Shown here: positions 25,287-41,808 of the stretch, in pieces | How the letters are laid out: the number at the start of each line of letters is the position of its first letter | How positions within the stretch are numbered: position 1 is the stretch's first letter | Origin: Octopus vulgaris | Lineage: Eukaryota | Length of the DNA stretch: 64,000 bases | Assembly: GCA_951406725.2 (NCBI GenBank) | Contig: OX597819.1 | Span: 3,658,001 to 3,722,000 of the forward strand | Direction: 5' to 3' | The notes under the pieces: generated by a model | What the model was told of the DNA's origin: nothing | The model's database searches: none | What the model saw: only the letters and a program-made list of their open reading frames with translations | Translations under genes and position numbers: made by a program

Positions 25287-26126
25287 TGTTTGATAAACCT
25301 GGCTCACAGTATATCTTAGAAATGTGTAAAACATATTGGTTCCAACAGGATAGCAGAGAAAAGCATAGTTTTCTACACAAAACACGAAGTGTGGAATAAC
25401 AGATTCAACAACTCGATCGACCCTCTCCCCACCACACATAGATTTACATTCACACCTCCAAGATTTTTTCTACAGTTCAAATTGTGAATTTGCTTTTCTT
25501 ATCTACATTCCATCGATAGAGTTTTATCTTTGTTAGTAACCAGTTCCTTCCTTATCGGAAGACTTCAAATTATTAAAAGTAGAAGAGGACACACACACAT
25601 ACACACGTACATACACACACGCGCGCGTATTTTCTTCCAGATATAAAGTTAGTCTATTCTAATAACAACAAACTTACGAAGGTAATCTATATCTCTTAGT
25701 GTATGTTTTCTTTTGAATTAACGCGAAAAACCTTGTTAACAGAACAATAGAGCCAGATAGAAGAGTTTATATCCCAAATCTGAAACCTCATTTTCATTAA
25801 GTGTCATAAGAAAAACTGTAGTTAAAGAAAGAATATTTTATTGTCTGGAATGTGATACAAGCGAATGCATAGACCCCGATATGCAGCGGCAGGAACCCGC
25901 ACATAAATATTATAACTCTGCTGTCAACTTCACAAAATCTAAGTAAATAAATAAATAAATAGATAAAGAATAATTCAACCAGAAGCTGTTTTGCTACAGT
26001 TCAGCATCAGTTTCGCTGTTTACACCAATAACATTTGCATATCTCTTGCTTCTTATTCTTTCAGTAAAAGGAAAAGATTGCATGTCTTCATTGCTCTTAT
26101 TCGGTTTGAATTTCAGATGGCATATA

Positions 26127-26532
26127 CTCTTTTTACTCTTATACTTGTTTCAGTCATTTGACTGCGGCCATGCTGGAGCACCACATTTAGTCGAGCAAAT
26201 CTACCCCAGAACTTATTCTTTGTAAGCCCAGTACTTATTCTATCGGTCTCTTTTGCCGAACTGCTAAGTTACAGGGACGCAAACACACTAGCATCGGTTG
26301 TCAAGCGATGTTGGGTGGGGACAAACACAGCCACACAAGCACACACACACATACATATACATATATACGACGGGCTTCTTTTCAGTTTCCGTCTACCAAA
26401 TCCACTCACAAGGCTTTGGTCGGCCCGAGGTTATAGTAGAAGACACTTGCCCAAGATGCCACGCAGTGGGACTGAACCCGGAACCATGTGGCTGGTAAGC
26501 AAGCTACTTACCACACAGCCACTCCTGCGCCT
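26127..26532 (-). mobile_element. SINE family A, full-length copy
   Basis: Reverse complement of 471-861. Confidence 0.9.
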
Positions 26533-27828
26533 ATCTGGAGACTATACTATCTCAAGACTATACTATATCTCAAGACATACTAAAAAATTCCATTTCATGA
26601 CTACGAGCAATAATATCGGAACGAATGTAAATGTCCCGGGCTGGGGATGGTATTATTTTGCTCTTTCATTCGCTACGTCATTGGACTGTTGAACTTCCAC
26701 ATTCACGACTTCAGTAAACCATGTTGACTACAACACTTATTTCATCCATTTCTATTGAATTTTTGTTACCTGTTGGTGTAAAAACTTGTAATGTGGTGCA
26801 CCGTTTTACATTGTTGTCGGAAATCCTTTGAAAGCCAATCAGAAGAATAGCTCCTCCTTGTTACCTCGTCAGTAGAATGTCACATTCTCAGTTCTACACA
26901 TTAGCCACCCTACTTTGAGATCTTACACGTCTGAGAGTGCAGTTTTTCATGTGTCGCTTTCTCAGAAAATCCAAACACTGAGCGCTTCACCCACAGCACC
27001 GAACCATTCGTGTCTATGTGTGTACCTATCTTACTACTCTGAGTCTATCCAAAACTAATGAACAGCTATATCCATTTATTTATTATAATCAATTATTCAT
27101 GCAAATATATAAATACACATGTCTGTCTTCCTACGCAGACCTACCTATTTATCGATCTTTACACAACAATCCTACTACCAATTAAAAGAAAACGGTTATT
27201 GCATTATAAAGCATGTACGATAAATGTTATATACGGTAAATATTTTTGTAATTGTGAGTCTGCGCATAGCAATCCGACTACCAAGGGAAAAAAATTATCA
27301 GCGAGCCCACTATATAGGAGCTATACGAGAGCCAGTATTAACTCAAGTTCGCTTCTTTTTCTTTACGAGGCCAAGTTGCAGCTTCTAAACTGGTCAATTG
27401 GTATATATTTTGTTGTCGCTTAGTTGTTCTAGCCATTTGACTGCAGCCATGCTGGGGCACTGCCTCGAAGTGTTTAGTCGAACAAATGGAGTCCTTTACT
27501 TAATTTTTAGGTTTGAAATGTTCTACCGCTCTCTTTTACCGAACTTGTTGCTAAGGTACGAGTACGTAAGCAAACCAGCACAAAAACACAAACATACATG
27601 AACATGCACACATACATTGTGTATGTATTTTCTTTTTATACCAACGCCTCCACCTCCCGCTGAGTCGGATCAACGGGTTTAACTGGATTTGATACTTGCA
27701 TATCGACGGTATCCCACTAACACTTGATGTATTCATTGTTGCTTATTTCAATGTGAGCTCCATGTTATCGTACGAAGCCATTTCTGGCGTCCTTCGAGTT
27801 GATGTGCCTTGGTTCATATAACATATTT

Positions 27829-27869
<41 letters not shown>

Positions 27870-27924
27870 TACATAGGTACATACATACATACATACATAC
27901 ATACATACATGTACATGTACATAT

Positions 27925-28290
<366 letters not shown>

Positions 28291-28366
28291 GTATATGTAT
28301 ATATAAATCCTTAAATCCTTAAAAATGTTTTAGCCCGAAGGCCGCAGCCATGCTGGGGCACCACCG

Positions 28367-28409
<43 letters not shown>

Positions 28410-28414
28410 CATAC

Positions 28415-29148
28415 CAGAGATGACCCCAAGCCATCAACGTCACTCGGGCTCATCACAGATTTCGCATGGCACATGCCTGCTCGAAGGATTCCACGTTTGT
28501 CCGCAATATTTCTAGCCCCAAATGGTTTATTTCTTATATCTACCCCTATGTCTGTTTACGTTTCTAAGTTAAGGGTAAAAATGAAGAAACCCTGCAATCA
28601 AATAACGACAGCAGAGTGCACAAGAAACAGCAGCGATCTGAATGTGACCGGTACTCTTGAAAAGAGATGCCAGTTAGTCTTTTACACCTATCAGGCTCGT
28701 TCGTATTAGCCCAAATTGCTGGATAATTTTTACGCTCCATTGAGAATATTGTAGAACGGAAACTTTTCACAGATTGGAATTTAAATCCTAATCTCTATAG
28801 AAATTTATTGTTTCAAGAAAACATTGAATTTGAATTACTTTTAATTTTTCCGATTATAGATGACAACTCGGGCTGAGCCTGATGTCAAGCGCGTGTGAGC
28901 TATGTGAGAGAAAGTCTGCTACAAATATTATTTTTTGACACAGGACACCTCTAAGACGCCTGCCAGACGCCGAACGAAAATAAATGAACTGTGGCCAGAC
29001 TGAATAAAAGGAGTCAGAGTTATTGACTGAAATTACATACTTGAAGTCAGTATCGACAGAAATTAAATCAACTTGCAAATACACGTTCACTTTCCTAAAT
29101 TTATGCTCGGGCTAAGCCCGAGCAGCCCGTGTGCCGGTGTCTCCACTG
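28415..29148. mobile_element. Possible non-autonomous DNA transposon relic (hAT-like)
   Basis: CAG...CTG ends, repeated CTCGGGCT motifs and terminal palindrome GCTCGGGCTAAGCCCGAGC; no TSD visible. Confidence 0.35.
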
Positions 29149-29376
29149 ATATATATATAAGTAATTATTTGAACCATGGGTATATGGTTAGTAATATCGC
29201 GATTAAAGCACTTTCACCGTTTAGGCTACCTGATATCATCCACAGTTATGATATAAATATCACACCTACTGGCAACAACAACATGTCAAGCGAAACCGAG
29301 TATATTTAGCGAAGTATCTTATTTAAAAGAAGATACCAGATGAGATGATGAGGTTTTAGAACAAGCATTTTTGCTA

Positions 29377-29423
<47 letters not shown>

Positions 29424-29524
29424 ATCCAAACAAGAAAACACAGAAAAAAAGAGAAAAAAAACACAGCAACGCAGGACGTGGAACAATTAAAGTATTATTG
29501 ACGCTCATGAAAGAAGAGAAGGAG

Positions 29525-29574
<50 letters not shown>

Positions 29575-29649
29575 TGAGGGATATTGTACATCTAGTTGTA
29601 TTGCATCTACCAGTGCAAAATGCATCTCATCATCTCATCAGGTATCTTC

Positions 29650-29709
<60 letters not shown>

Positions 29710-29906
29710 AATGGATGAATGAATTATCCTTTGTTTACCGTTAACATGGAAAATTCAATAAACAGTTACCAGGGTAGCAAAATTTACGCACGTAACACGG
29801 ATGAAGCGACCTATTCAAAGGTAGAAACTCCGGGTTAATGTGCAGTAATTTGTGTATTATAAGTAAATAAATGGAGTTGAACGAAGATGTTATTAAAATT
29901 CTTTTA

Positions 29907-29988
29907 CTTTCGACATATGTTTCGAAGACAGCATGGTTTTATTCCAAAGGAATAAATGGTGTAAAATGCAATCTTCTCATCAGGAAAG
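29907..29988 (-). ncRNA. Type I hammerhead ribozyme in the PLE pLTR
   Basis: ctttc-CTGATGA-gaaga(extended hairpin)tcttc-GAAA-cATATg-TC-gaaag; intact core, palindromic minimal stem III, GUC site. Confidence 0.85.
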
Positions 29989-30260
29989 AAAGAGAGCATC
30001 TCTCAACAACAAGACATTATAACAATTACGATGACTGCCTAAATGATAAACAGAACGTTATAAAGTATTTAAAAAAACCGTTAGTAGATTTGACGTCAAA
30101 TTCAGATACCAGGAAGAGAAGGGTTAAAGAAATAATAAGTAGAGAATAAATAAAGAGGGATACATTGGTTTAAAAAATGTTCAAAGGCTTAAAAGTAGAT
30201 TTCTCTATTGAAGTAAAGTGCAAGTTAAACTAACTGTTCAAACTATAAAGACTGGCGAAA

Positions 30261-32440
<2,180 letters not shown>

Positions 32441-33000
32441 AATCTAAGTTATTGATTTCTCTAGAGAAAAAATATATATATATATGTATGTATATATGTG
32501 TGGTTGGGTTGGGTTACACATAGTTTTCGCTCACAAGGCATTAGTCAGCTCGGCATATAGCAGAAAACAATTGCCTAATGTGCTGAGCATTGGTACTGAA
32601 CTCGAAACAATGTGATTCCAAAACTAGCTTCTAAACCATACTGGGCCACGTTTGCGCCTGTGAGCAATATTCAATATTTAAGTACATCTGTTACTGTATA
32701 TGATGTTTCTGTACACACGCGCGCACACACACATGCAAACGCACACACATCACACACACGCAGACACACAGACACACACACACATACTCACCCCACACTC
32801 TCTCGCTACGTGTGCGTGTGTGCATGTATGCGAATGTGTGTGTGTGTGTGCGTATGTTTGCGCAAACGGAAGTAAAATTAATCATTAGGTTCTGCATGAG
32901 CAATTCGTTTCACTCAGCTGAAATTAAAACACGTTGCAACTCGGCTATTATGAAGCACAGATATCGCAGGTATTTATGATGCGCTTGAATTTCGGGTCCG

Positions 33001-33032
<32 letters not shown>

Positions 33033-33157
33033 AGCAAACGCATGCACATATACATGTACACACACAGTACCCTCACACACTCACATACAATAAAGAGAGA
33101 GATCTTGAAGGAGAGAGCTTGAGTGTGTGAGAGAGAGAGAACTTGAGAGAGAAAGAG

Positions 33158-33198
<41 letters not shown>

Positions 33199-33673
33199 GT
33201 GAGACAGAGAGGGAGACATAGAGAAAGAGAGAGAAAATAAGTAAATTAATTAAAATTGTTTTGCCTAAGTTTATGTGCATCTATTTACTGTGTAACTACT
33301 GGCATGTATTTTAGCGTAGCAACCCATTCGGTCTTGGCAGCGTAACCTGTAAATATTTCTATTACAATTTTAAAACATTATTTCTTGTTGATAAAGAAAA
33401 TGATCGCTTCAACCCTTTGTTCGTTCCTGGTTGATTTATATATTTGATATGCGTGAAGTGAACAACTTAACTGAATAGCGACTGAAGAGATGAATAGTCA
33501 ACGAAACGTCTACATGTTTTACAAAGTAACTTGAAGAAAATATTTTCTTTTATTTTTTATCTCTTTCTAGTTTCATTCATTGAACTGCGGCCATGCTGGG
33601 CCCATCTTGAAGGGTTTTAATTGAACAAATCAACACAAGTGTCAAGTGATGAAGGGTGCTTTCAGACATAAAG

Positions 33674-34030
<357 letters not shown>

Positions 34031-34044
34031 GCATTAAAAGAAAT

Positions 34045-34096
<52 letters not shown>

Positions 34097-35033
34097 AAAT
34101 TACACTCCGAATCGTTTACCAAGGATGAAGTCCGCGAGTTAAAGAATGGCTATAAGAGGAATCCAGGTGAGCAGATATGGAGACAATGATGCAAATAAAC
34201 AAATAAAGCTGCTTGGGTTTGATGTACCAAAAGATATATACATGTATACATGTATACATGTATACATGTATACATGTGAATATGTAAACAGAGAGAAAAT
34301 TTTCAGATGATGAATATTTAAGTATAAATATATAGATATTTATATATTAACAGAGCAAACTTACACAGAATACAAAGACACAGAAATTAAAGGTGTTACA
34401 AGTCTGACAGCTGTTTCTACGGGATCAGAGTTACTCCATAATGTTGTCAGATGTAGTTCACCAGAATATACAACCAGTAATGGAAGCAAATAAAAAATGG
34501 ATAAGATCCTGACTCCCTCTTCAATGTGGAGAGAAAAAAAATCTGACATTTCAGATCATGAAGCACAGAAACTTATTTACATATATACATATATATATAA
34601 AACGGGCTTCATTCAGTTTCCGTGTACCCATTCCTCTTGGAAGGTTTTTGTTGGTGCGGGGCTATAGTAGAAGGCATTTACTCAAGGTGTCACCCAGTTG
34701 GACTCAACCTGAAACCAAGCAGATTTCTTACCACACCAGCGATTGATGACTGTTTATAGTTCTCGAATCGTTTACAATTTCTGGGAGTTAAATTGTGACA
34801 AATATTCTATACTATCTTTAGGTTATATATTTAAGCCATATTCTTCCGTTTATCTATTTCATATACAGGTAAAAACATACACTATCGGTAATTATATATC
34901 TTGCTTTGATAAACTAAAAGTATCCTAAATCTATTAGATTTACCACACACACATACATACACACACACACGCACACAGAGAAACACACACACATGTATAT
35001 GTGTGTGTTTCTGTGTGCGCGTGTGTGTGTGTG

Positions 35034-35071
<38 letters not shown>

Positions 35072-35073
<2 letters not shown>

Positions 35074-35262
35074 GTCCTGTACTCTATTTTTTTGCTGTTT
35101 TTAAAAAAATGTCCGGTTCCTTTGGTTTGTGTCTATGTTTTCGTTTCTCATTGTGTTCGACGTTTTTTTGATGTCCTGTACTCATATATGCGTGTATATG
35201 TACATGTAGAGGTAGGTACGTACATATATGTTTATATATATGCATGTTTAATTTATTTATTA
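35072..35262 (+). mobile_element. 3' tip of the PLE-type terminal repeat seen at 44.5-46.1 kb (opposite orientation)
   Basis: Reverse complement of 44512-44700. Confidence 0.75.
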
Positions 35263-37859
35263 GTATATATATATGTATATATATATATATATATACATAT
35301 ATATAGACATAATTTAATCTTTCTCTCTAACTTTCTCTATATATATTTGTAGATTTACTATCCTTGCATTCACGCCACTGTTCTGTAAGACCAGGTCCTA
35401 CTTGTTAAAGGAAAATAAAAATTATGAATATTTGATTAGAAAAGCGTGAAAATGTTATACATCTGTCAAAGGCTAAAATCTAACTTATTCACCTCTTCCA
35501 AAAATATCTTCCCCGTTATTGCATCTTATTGACCAAACAGTGGCATCAGTGCAAAGACAATAAATTTTCACAATGGAATATACACTTCTTGTTTTGTGTT
35601 ATGTAACTCACATTACATTCTTTCCTAATATTTTTCTTCTTCAATCGTATGGCTGACTTTTCACACGCACATTCACACATGTATATCTATCTATGTAAGT
35701 AAGTAAGTAAGTATATGCGTGTGTGTGTGCATATATATATATATATAGAAAGAAAGAAGGTGTGTATTTCCACGCAGGAAAATATAGGAGAATATGCCTT
35801 TGAAAATGCACCTGAATTTGAAAAACTGGTAGTTGTTTTTAAATAAATTTATTTACATATATACCAAACTAGCTTCGACAATCTTTTGTCTATCAATGGT
35901 ACAAACCTATATAAAACACTGAGATTTAAGCAGAACTTAAAATTACGAAGTAGAAAACATGTTTAAATGATTAAATGTTCACAAAATTCAGTGCAGGGGT
36001 AGATATAAAAAAATTTCGGCGAACAATATAAAAGATGTGGATTACTAAAAGTTCGGTCATGTATATATATATATATACATATATATATATCTATATATAT
36101 ACATGCGCACTCACACACACACACATCATCATCCTCATCATCACTAGCACTTGCCGCATTCTAGCGCACAGCTGCATAATGATATGTTGACACAACATAC
36201 GACATACACAGTATACGTGTTCGCACACAGTGTTGTACATATATGCTTGCAAGTACGTTGATGGGTATTGCATGCGAGTCAATAAAATAAAATATAATGC
36301 ATTAAAACCCAATGGACAAGGTAATGTAAAACTCGTGTTTGTGATGTATGCAAACCTTTGCATATACACCTGTATATTCTTACATTTGAACACCTTCACA
36401 TGCATAGCTTCAGTCACCAACGCATGTTCACATACTTATACATAAGAAATACATAGCAAATGATTATTCAATATTGTTTTCTGGTTTCTATTCACTGTCT
36501 GTTTTTTGGTCTCGATGCGCTTCCATATAAGTGTATGCTTATCCATATCTATAAAGATAAAACGAGCAAGAGAGAATGAAAAGAATAAAAAAAAAACCGA
36601 ATGAGAAATAGTTTTCCACAGCTCTAATATGACTGTTTCTTTCCACCAATGTGTATTGGATTTACTTACCTAAATGCCTTCAGGTACAAAACATGACAAA
36701 GAATGCAGAAAAAGACACACTGAACGTATTTTTATATAGATTTATATACATCCTATGTGTCTAGATATATATATCGATTTTAAAAACATAAGAATAGAAT
36801 TGGTAAACGAAAATATTTCCTTTATCTTTTCCTCACCATTCTAGCACTTGAGCTGCTTTTATGATACATGATGCCATCTCCGTGGCAGGGTTTGGAACAT
36901 TATTGAAATGTAAATGTGAATAAATAAATGGAATAAATAAATGAAAAAGAATGGTCTCAGAATGATTGTACAAAATGAAATAACCAGTTTGAAAATTTCA
37001 AATGAAATATGTGAAAGACAAGATAACTACTTCAATATATCACATTTAAACGATCATGTCAGCTTCTTGTAAGTTCTTTATTAGATTCGTTGTATATAGA
37101 ATTTGAACCATTAAATCTGACAAACAAGATTTCTTATAAAATTATTGGAATATATTGTGACTGCAAAACACATTTTGGTATAAACTGAAGAGATCGGAAT
37201 CTATTCTTTATAATAATTGTATTTATTACCTCTTTTCGTCTTTATAAATGAAACGTAGGAACTGTTTAATTGGGACAGTATTGGAAAACAGCGCAGATGT
37301 TTAAAGTTTATGAGCTAACATGAAAAATGTCCGAAATACGTATATAAGAAAATGTATAGTACAAAATTTTCTTTCGTCCCATATTATGAGTTTGAAGAAA
37401 ACAGCAATGTCTGTAGTACCTTTAGGTCCTGCTAAGATGTAAAATGTGGTTACTGAAGTGAATGTTACAATTGAATTGTGACAGTATAATGATTGCAATG
37501 AAATATTGGCGAGGAAATCTTAGATGCAATGATACCAGAGAAATAATTGTATAAGTCTTTAGAATTACGTTTGGTAGTGAAAGAGGATATTCATATAAAA
37601 TCTGATTTATGATTAAAGTTAGAAGTATTGAATTCATGGAGAAAGAGGCATTTGCAGTTTTTCTCACTTTTATACCGAGGAGGACTCTTCCTTACGGTTA
37701 ATCTGTTGAGGTTCAACAGTTAACGTGAAGTTCGAAATTTTAAGGTGTAATTATTAAGAAGAAAGATGTAAGATGGAATGCTATTGCAGATAGATACAGT
37801 TCGGAGGTGGAAGATTGGTGATAAGTTGGAATGGTTGAAGGAAGGACAAACGGGAATAT

Positions 37860-38068
37860 TCTTTTCTACTTTAGACACAAGACCCAAAATTTTAGGGGAA
37901 GGGGCCAGTCGATTAGAGCGACCTCAGTTCGCAATTGGTACTTAATTTATCGACTCCGAAAAGATAAAAGGCAAAGTCGACCGCGGCGGAATTTGAACTC
38001 AGAACGTAATGACAGACGAAATACTGCAAAGTATTTCGCCCGTTGCGCTAATGTTTCTGCCAGTTCGC
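37860..38068 (-). mobile_element. SINE family B, tail type i
   Basis: Matches the family consensus. Confidence 0.8.
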
Positions 38069-38235
38069 AGAATATTGAGATTTGGATATGGATAGTATAT
38101 AATTGGCAAATTCAAAGAACGGGAGATCATTGTAAAAGCAGGACAAGATGGATGACAGCAAGCTGAAAGAAAATTTGAGAAGCAAATCTTAGGTCGAGGT
38201 ACGGTTACGGTCTGAACTCTTTTAGATTTGTAATC

Positions 38236-38310
38236 AATGTTCACGTGTAGAATGTTCACGTGCAGAGTACACGTGCAGAGTATTCACGTGCAGATATTCA
38301 CGTGAGAATG
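38236..38310. repeat. Minisatellite of five 13-15-bp units, each containing CACGTG
   Basis: CACGTG at 38242, 38257, 38270, 38285, 38299. Confidence 0.9.
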
Positions 38311-38959
38311 AGAAGCGCGCTTGGAATGTTACTAAGAAGTAGAAGTTAATGCGTCATTTACATAGAAGTTAGTTAATATAGAATGAAAACGTGTAAGATA
38401 CCCTTGGAGGGTAAACATAAGTCTGTAAGTGCAGTAAACGTTGCAACCTTCCCGTATTAGATCTTCAAAGAAACTTTTCCATGGCTGCTATTATCAGAGG
38501 GTTAATGTTACCAATGCTTTGGCTTAATCACGAAGCAGTACAAGTAGATTCTATGCTTTCGTTATTCTAGAATTGGCACCATTATTTCCAATAGATTCAA
38601 TTCACTTAAAAGTACTCTAAAGTTATGGCATTGTAGCAGTACACTTAATAAATTCTAAATTAATTCTCATGAAGACGTGATTCTGATCAAATGTGAGACA
38701 GTAATTGCTTGCGACGGCTTTACGGTTGGTTGCGTTTTCTTGAAAGAAAATTGGAATGTCGTGTTTAAGTTGTAAAGCACAGTACTTCATTTGTATGTCT
38801 TTCAGTCTGATTGAGAGACATTCACTACTGAAGTACCACCGTTACCCTTGCTGGTGATCGTGATCTTATCAAAGGTTTACTACGAATAAGCATAGTGCAA
38901 TAGTGCAAATTTATTGGTTTGATATCTATATCAAGTATCTATAATGTGTGTATTATGGT

Positions 38960-39160
38960 CCTACTGAACAAAGGAATTTTCAAGTCTTTATTGCCGAATG
39001 TGTGGACATTTTTACCTGGTTAAAGTACCTGGATGAGAACTGTAGGGCAGTCTTATCAGTGTGCTGCGTCTGGGAGTACAATGTGAATAGGTCATTGGTA
39101 TAGTTGTGGAAGAATGTAAAGATACGGTTGAGCGTAGGATTTGCGAAATAGATTAGGGAG
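38960..39160 (-). pseudogene. Decayed LINE RT fragment
   Basis: FFHNYTNDLF...QHTDKTAL resembles LF.IYINDL...YADDT.L. Confidence 0.4.
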
Positions 39161-39292
39161 AACGTGATTGAAAATGGTGTAAGAAATAACACTTTTTAAG
39201 TGTTCTAATTGCGTTACAGATATTATTTCTGAAAAATATCACGATTTTAGAATAGTTATCAATGTGATGAAAAGGGATTTTATATATATATA

Positions 39293-39357
<65 letters not shown>

Positions 39358-39405
39358 AGCACATATATATACACACATATATATATGTACGTGTGTATGT
39401 ATGTG

Positions 39406-39451
<46 letters not shown>

Positions 39452-39470
39452 CTATATATATATATATATA

Positions 39471-39786
39471 GTAGGTATCTCATTTATTTCTTTGCCACAT
39501 TTATCACTGACGAAGGGAGGGTTCTTACGAACTAACCCTGAAATCTGTCCGATATGGTAATAATGGAATTTTTTAGAGATTTCTGTCGACCTTTTTGTTT
39601 TGAGTAGCGTGTGTATAGTGAAAAATTATATGGTTATGGACAGGGTGTCTAATTTCGGCATATTTGGCATTAGAAATTTTTTCGTTTGCCCTTATTTATA
39701 AGTTGCTTATAAATTTAACCTTTAAAGGTATTTTTTAATATGCTGGCCATTGATAAAATTTTTTCTAAAAAATTTTATCCTACATG

Positions 39787-39790
<4 letters not shown>
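39471..39790 (+). mobile_element. Solo PLE pLTR between (TA)n tracts
   Basis: Contains an intact hammerhead; no ORF. Confidence 0.7.
39501..39560 (+). ncRNA. Type I hammerhead ribozyme
   Basis: ttatca-CTGACGA-aggg(ag-ggttc-ttac-gaact-aa)ccct-GAAA-tc(tgtcc)ga-TA-tggtaa; all three stems pair; AUA site, cleavage predicted after 39554. Confidence 0.85.
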
Positions 39791-39833
<43 letters not shown>

Positions 39834-41660
39834 GTGTATACAGTATATATATATATATATACTGTATACACACACACGTATATGATTTATTTTACAACTA
39901 AATTAAATGAAAAAGTACATCTAGTTCAATGCCTTTTCCATTTTCATCTCAAACGTTTACCGTGCCGTACGCGTGAAAGCTCATGTTTGTTATTGCTATA
40001 ACACGCATAGTGTTTATTGTATTGGCTTAATGTAAAAGATATATATACAATAGTTTCATTCAACACTTTTCTTTGTTTACCCATCTCAAATTATATTCGC
40101 TATAAATCACAGGTTATAAGGGAAGACTATTATTTGAATATCAAACGTTATATTCTTTTTTTTGTAAATATTCATATAGTTCTCAACTCAATTATTAAAA
40201 AAAAAAAGAAAGAAGAAAACTGTTTGTCACTTTGTGTCAATCATTATGTTAAAATTGAAATTGAATTTATTCGGTGGCTTTCTATTTCAATTTGCTGGCT
40301 TTTGTTATTTGAGCTTATATTATCATCCAATTAGCATAATCGATTAAATCAAATTCAAATTGTCGAGACTGTACTTCTTACTTTTGTTCAACATCTTTGA
40401 CCACATAGAAGTAAATCAAAAGTATCGAGTGATCTCTTCAAGTAGTCACTGGCTGACGCTTCATTTTCTTTTTTTATTGTTTTTAAGATGTAATTAACAG
40501 ATTTCGATAGTTGAAAATCTGCTTTTGACACCAGCTATTCATCTACTGAAATCATCTCATTAACGCTAATTGATTTCATAATGGATTCAAACTGCAGGAC
40601 TTTCTAATTTGACGAGTTCAATTTATAATCGTATTTCATTATTGAATCAAAATACTTCAGTTGGTTAATCAATTTATCGTTTAAAGGTTGGCGTGAAATT
40701 GAACTATGTATATTGTTCAAGAGAAATAAAAAAAAACTGTTTGAACTAATCGTAAAAGGCGTATTTAATACAATGTGGAAAAGGACACCATATTTTTCAT
40801 GCATATTAATGAGCACTATAGTCTTTTACGGTTTAAATTCCTAAAATGACAAAATTTCATTTATATATTTTACATGGACTGTAATCTGTATAACTTTACA
40901 CTTTTGACATGATCCTTTTTATTTATATAAATTTTATATTTAGACGAAAGTCGACGAATAAGTTGTATTTAGAGCGTTTGTTAGAATATATTTTAGTATT
41001 TGTTGCGATTTGAGTTCAAATCTCGCTGAGGTCAACTTTGCCTCTCATCCTTTGGGGGTCGATAAAAATATCAATCCAGGAGCGTAGGTTAGGGGAGCTG
41101 TTTGATGGGATCATGGAGGATGTCTTGCGTTATCTGACGACACCACCACCAATGCACGGTCCTTCGCCATACTGACGTTTTTTTTGTTTTTAAATTTGCA
41201 TATTTAGTTCTATTTCTGAACTTCCACAATTAAATTTTCTGTCTTTGAAAAGCTCTTCGGTTTATACTTGTCTTAATGACCCACCCCAAATAGTATTAAG
41301 TGTTCAAAGTATACAGACTGTTCTAGCTGAAAAAAAATATTTGAATATTATTGGCGTGGAGATACGTTTGGTAAGATTTCACAGAATAACAACGAATATC
41401 CGTTTAGGATCATGTATAATGAGATCATGTCATAAAATTTCCTTTTTTGATCAGTTCTACTGTAATTTCTGAGATGATAGGTCACCAAATATTTCGTTCA
41501 CCATTATGCTTATACCTCCATACCTTTCGTTCGTAGATACGTTTTCTTGAAGGTCCTCACTTCTCTTTTTTTTCCGGTCATCTGGATTTGGAGAATGTTT
41601 TTCAATCATCCGTGTTAACATTATTTTGAAGGAATTATGTCGGCAATGTTTATTACTTCA

Positions 41661-41695
<35 letters not shown>

Positions 41696-41696
41696 A

Positions 41697-41729
<33 letters not shown>

Positions 41730-41751
41730 GATGATGATAATAATAATAATG

Positions 41752-41808
<57 letters not shown>

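Noticed and set aside
29793-29842. Plus-strand hammerhead-like CGGATGA...GAAAC...GTT antisense to the pLTR
   Set aside because: U4 altered and stem I does not pair convincingly
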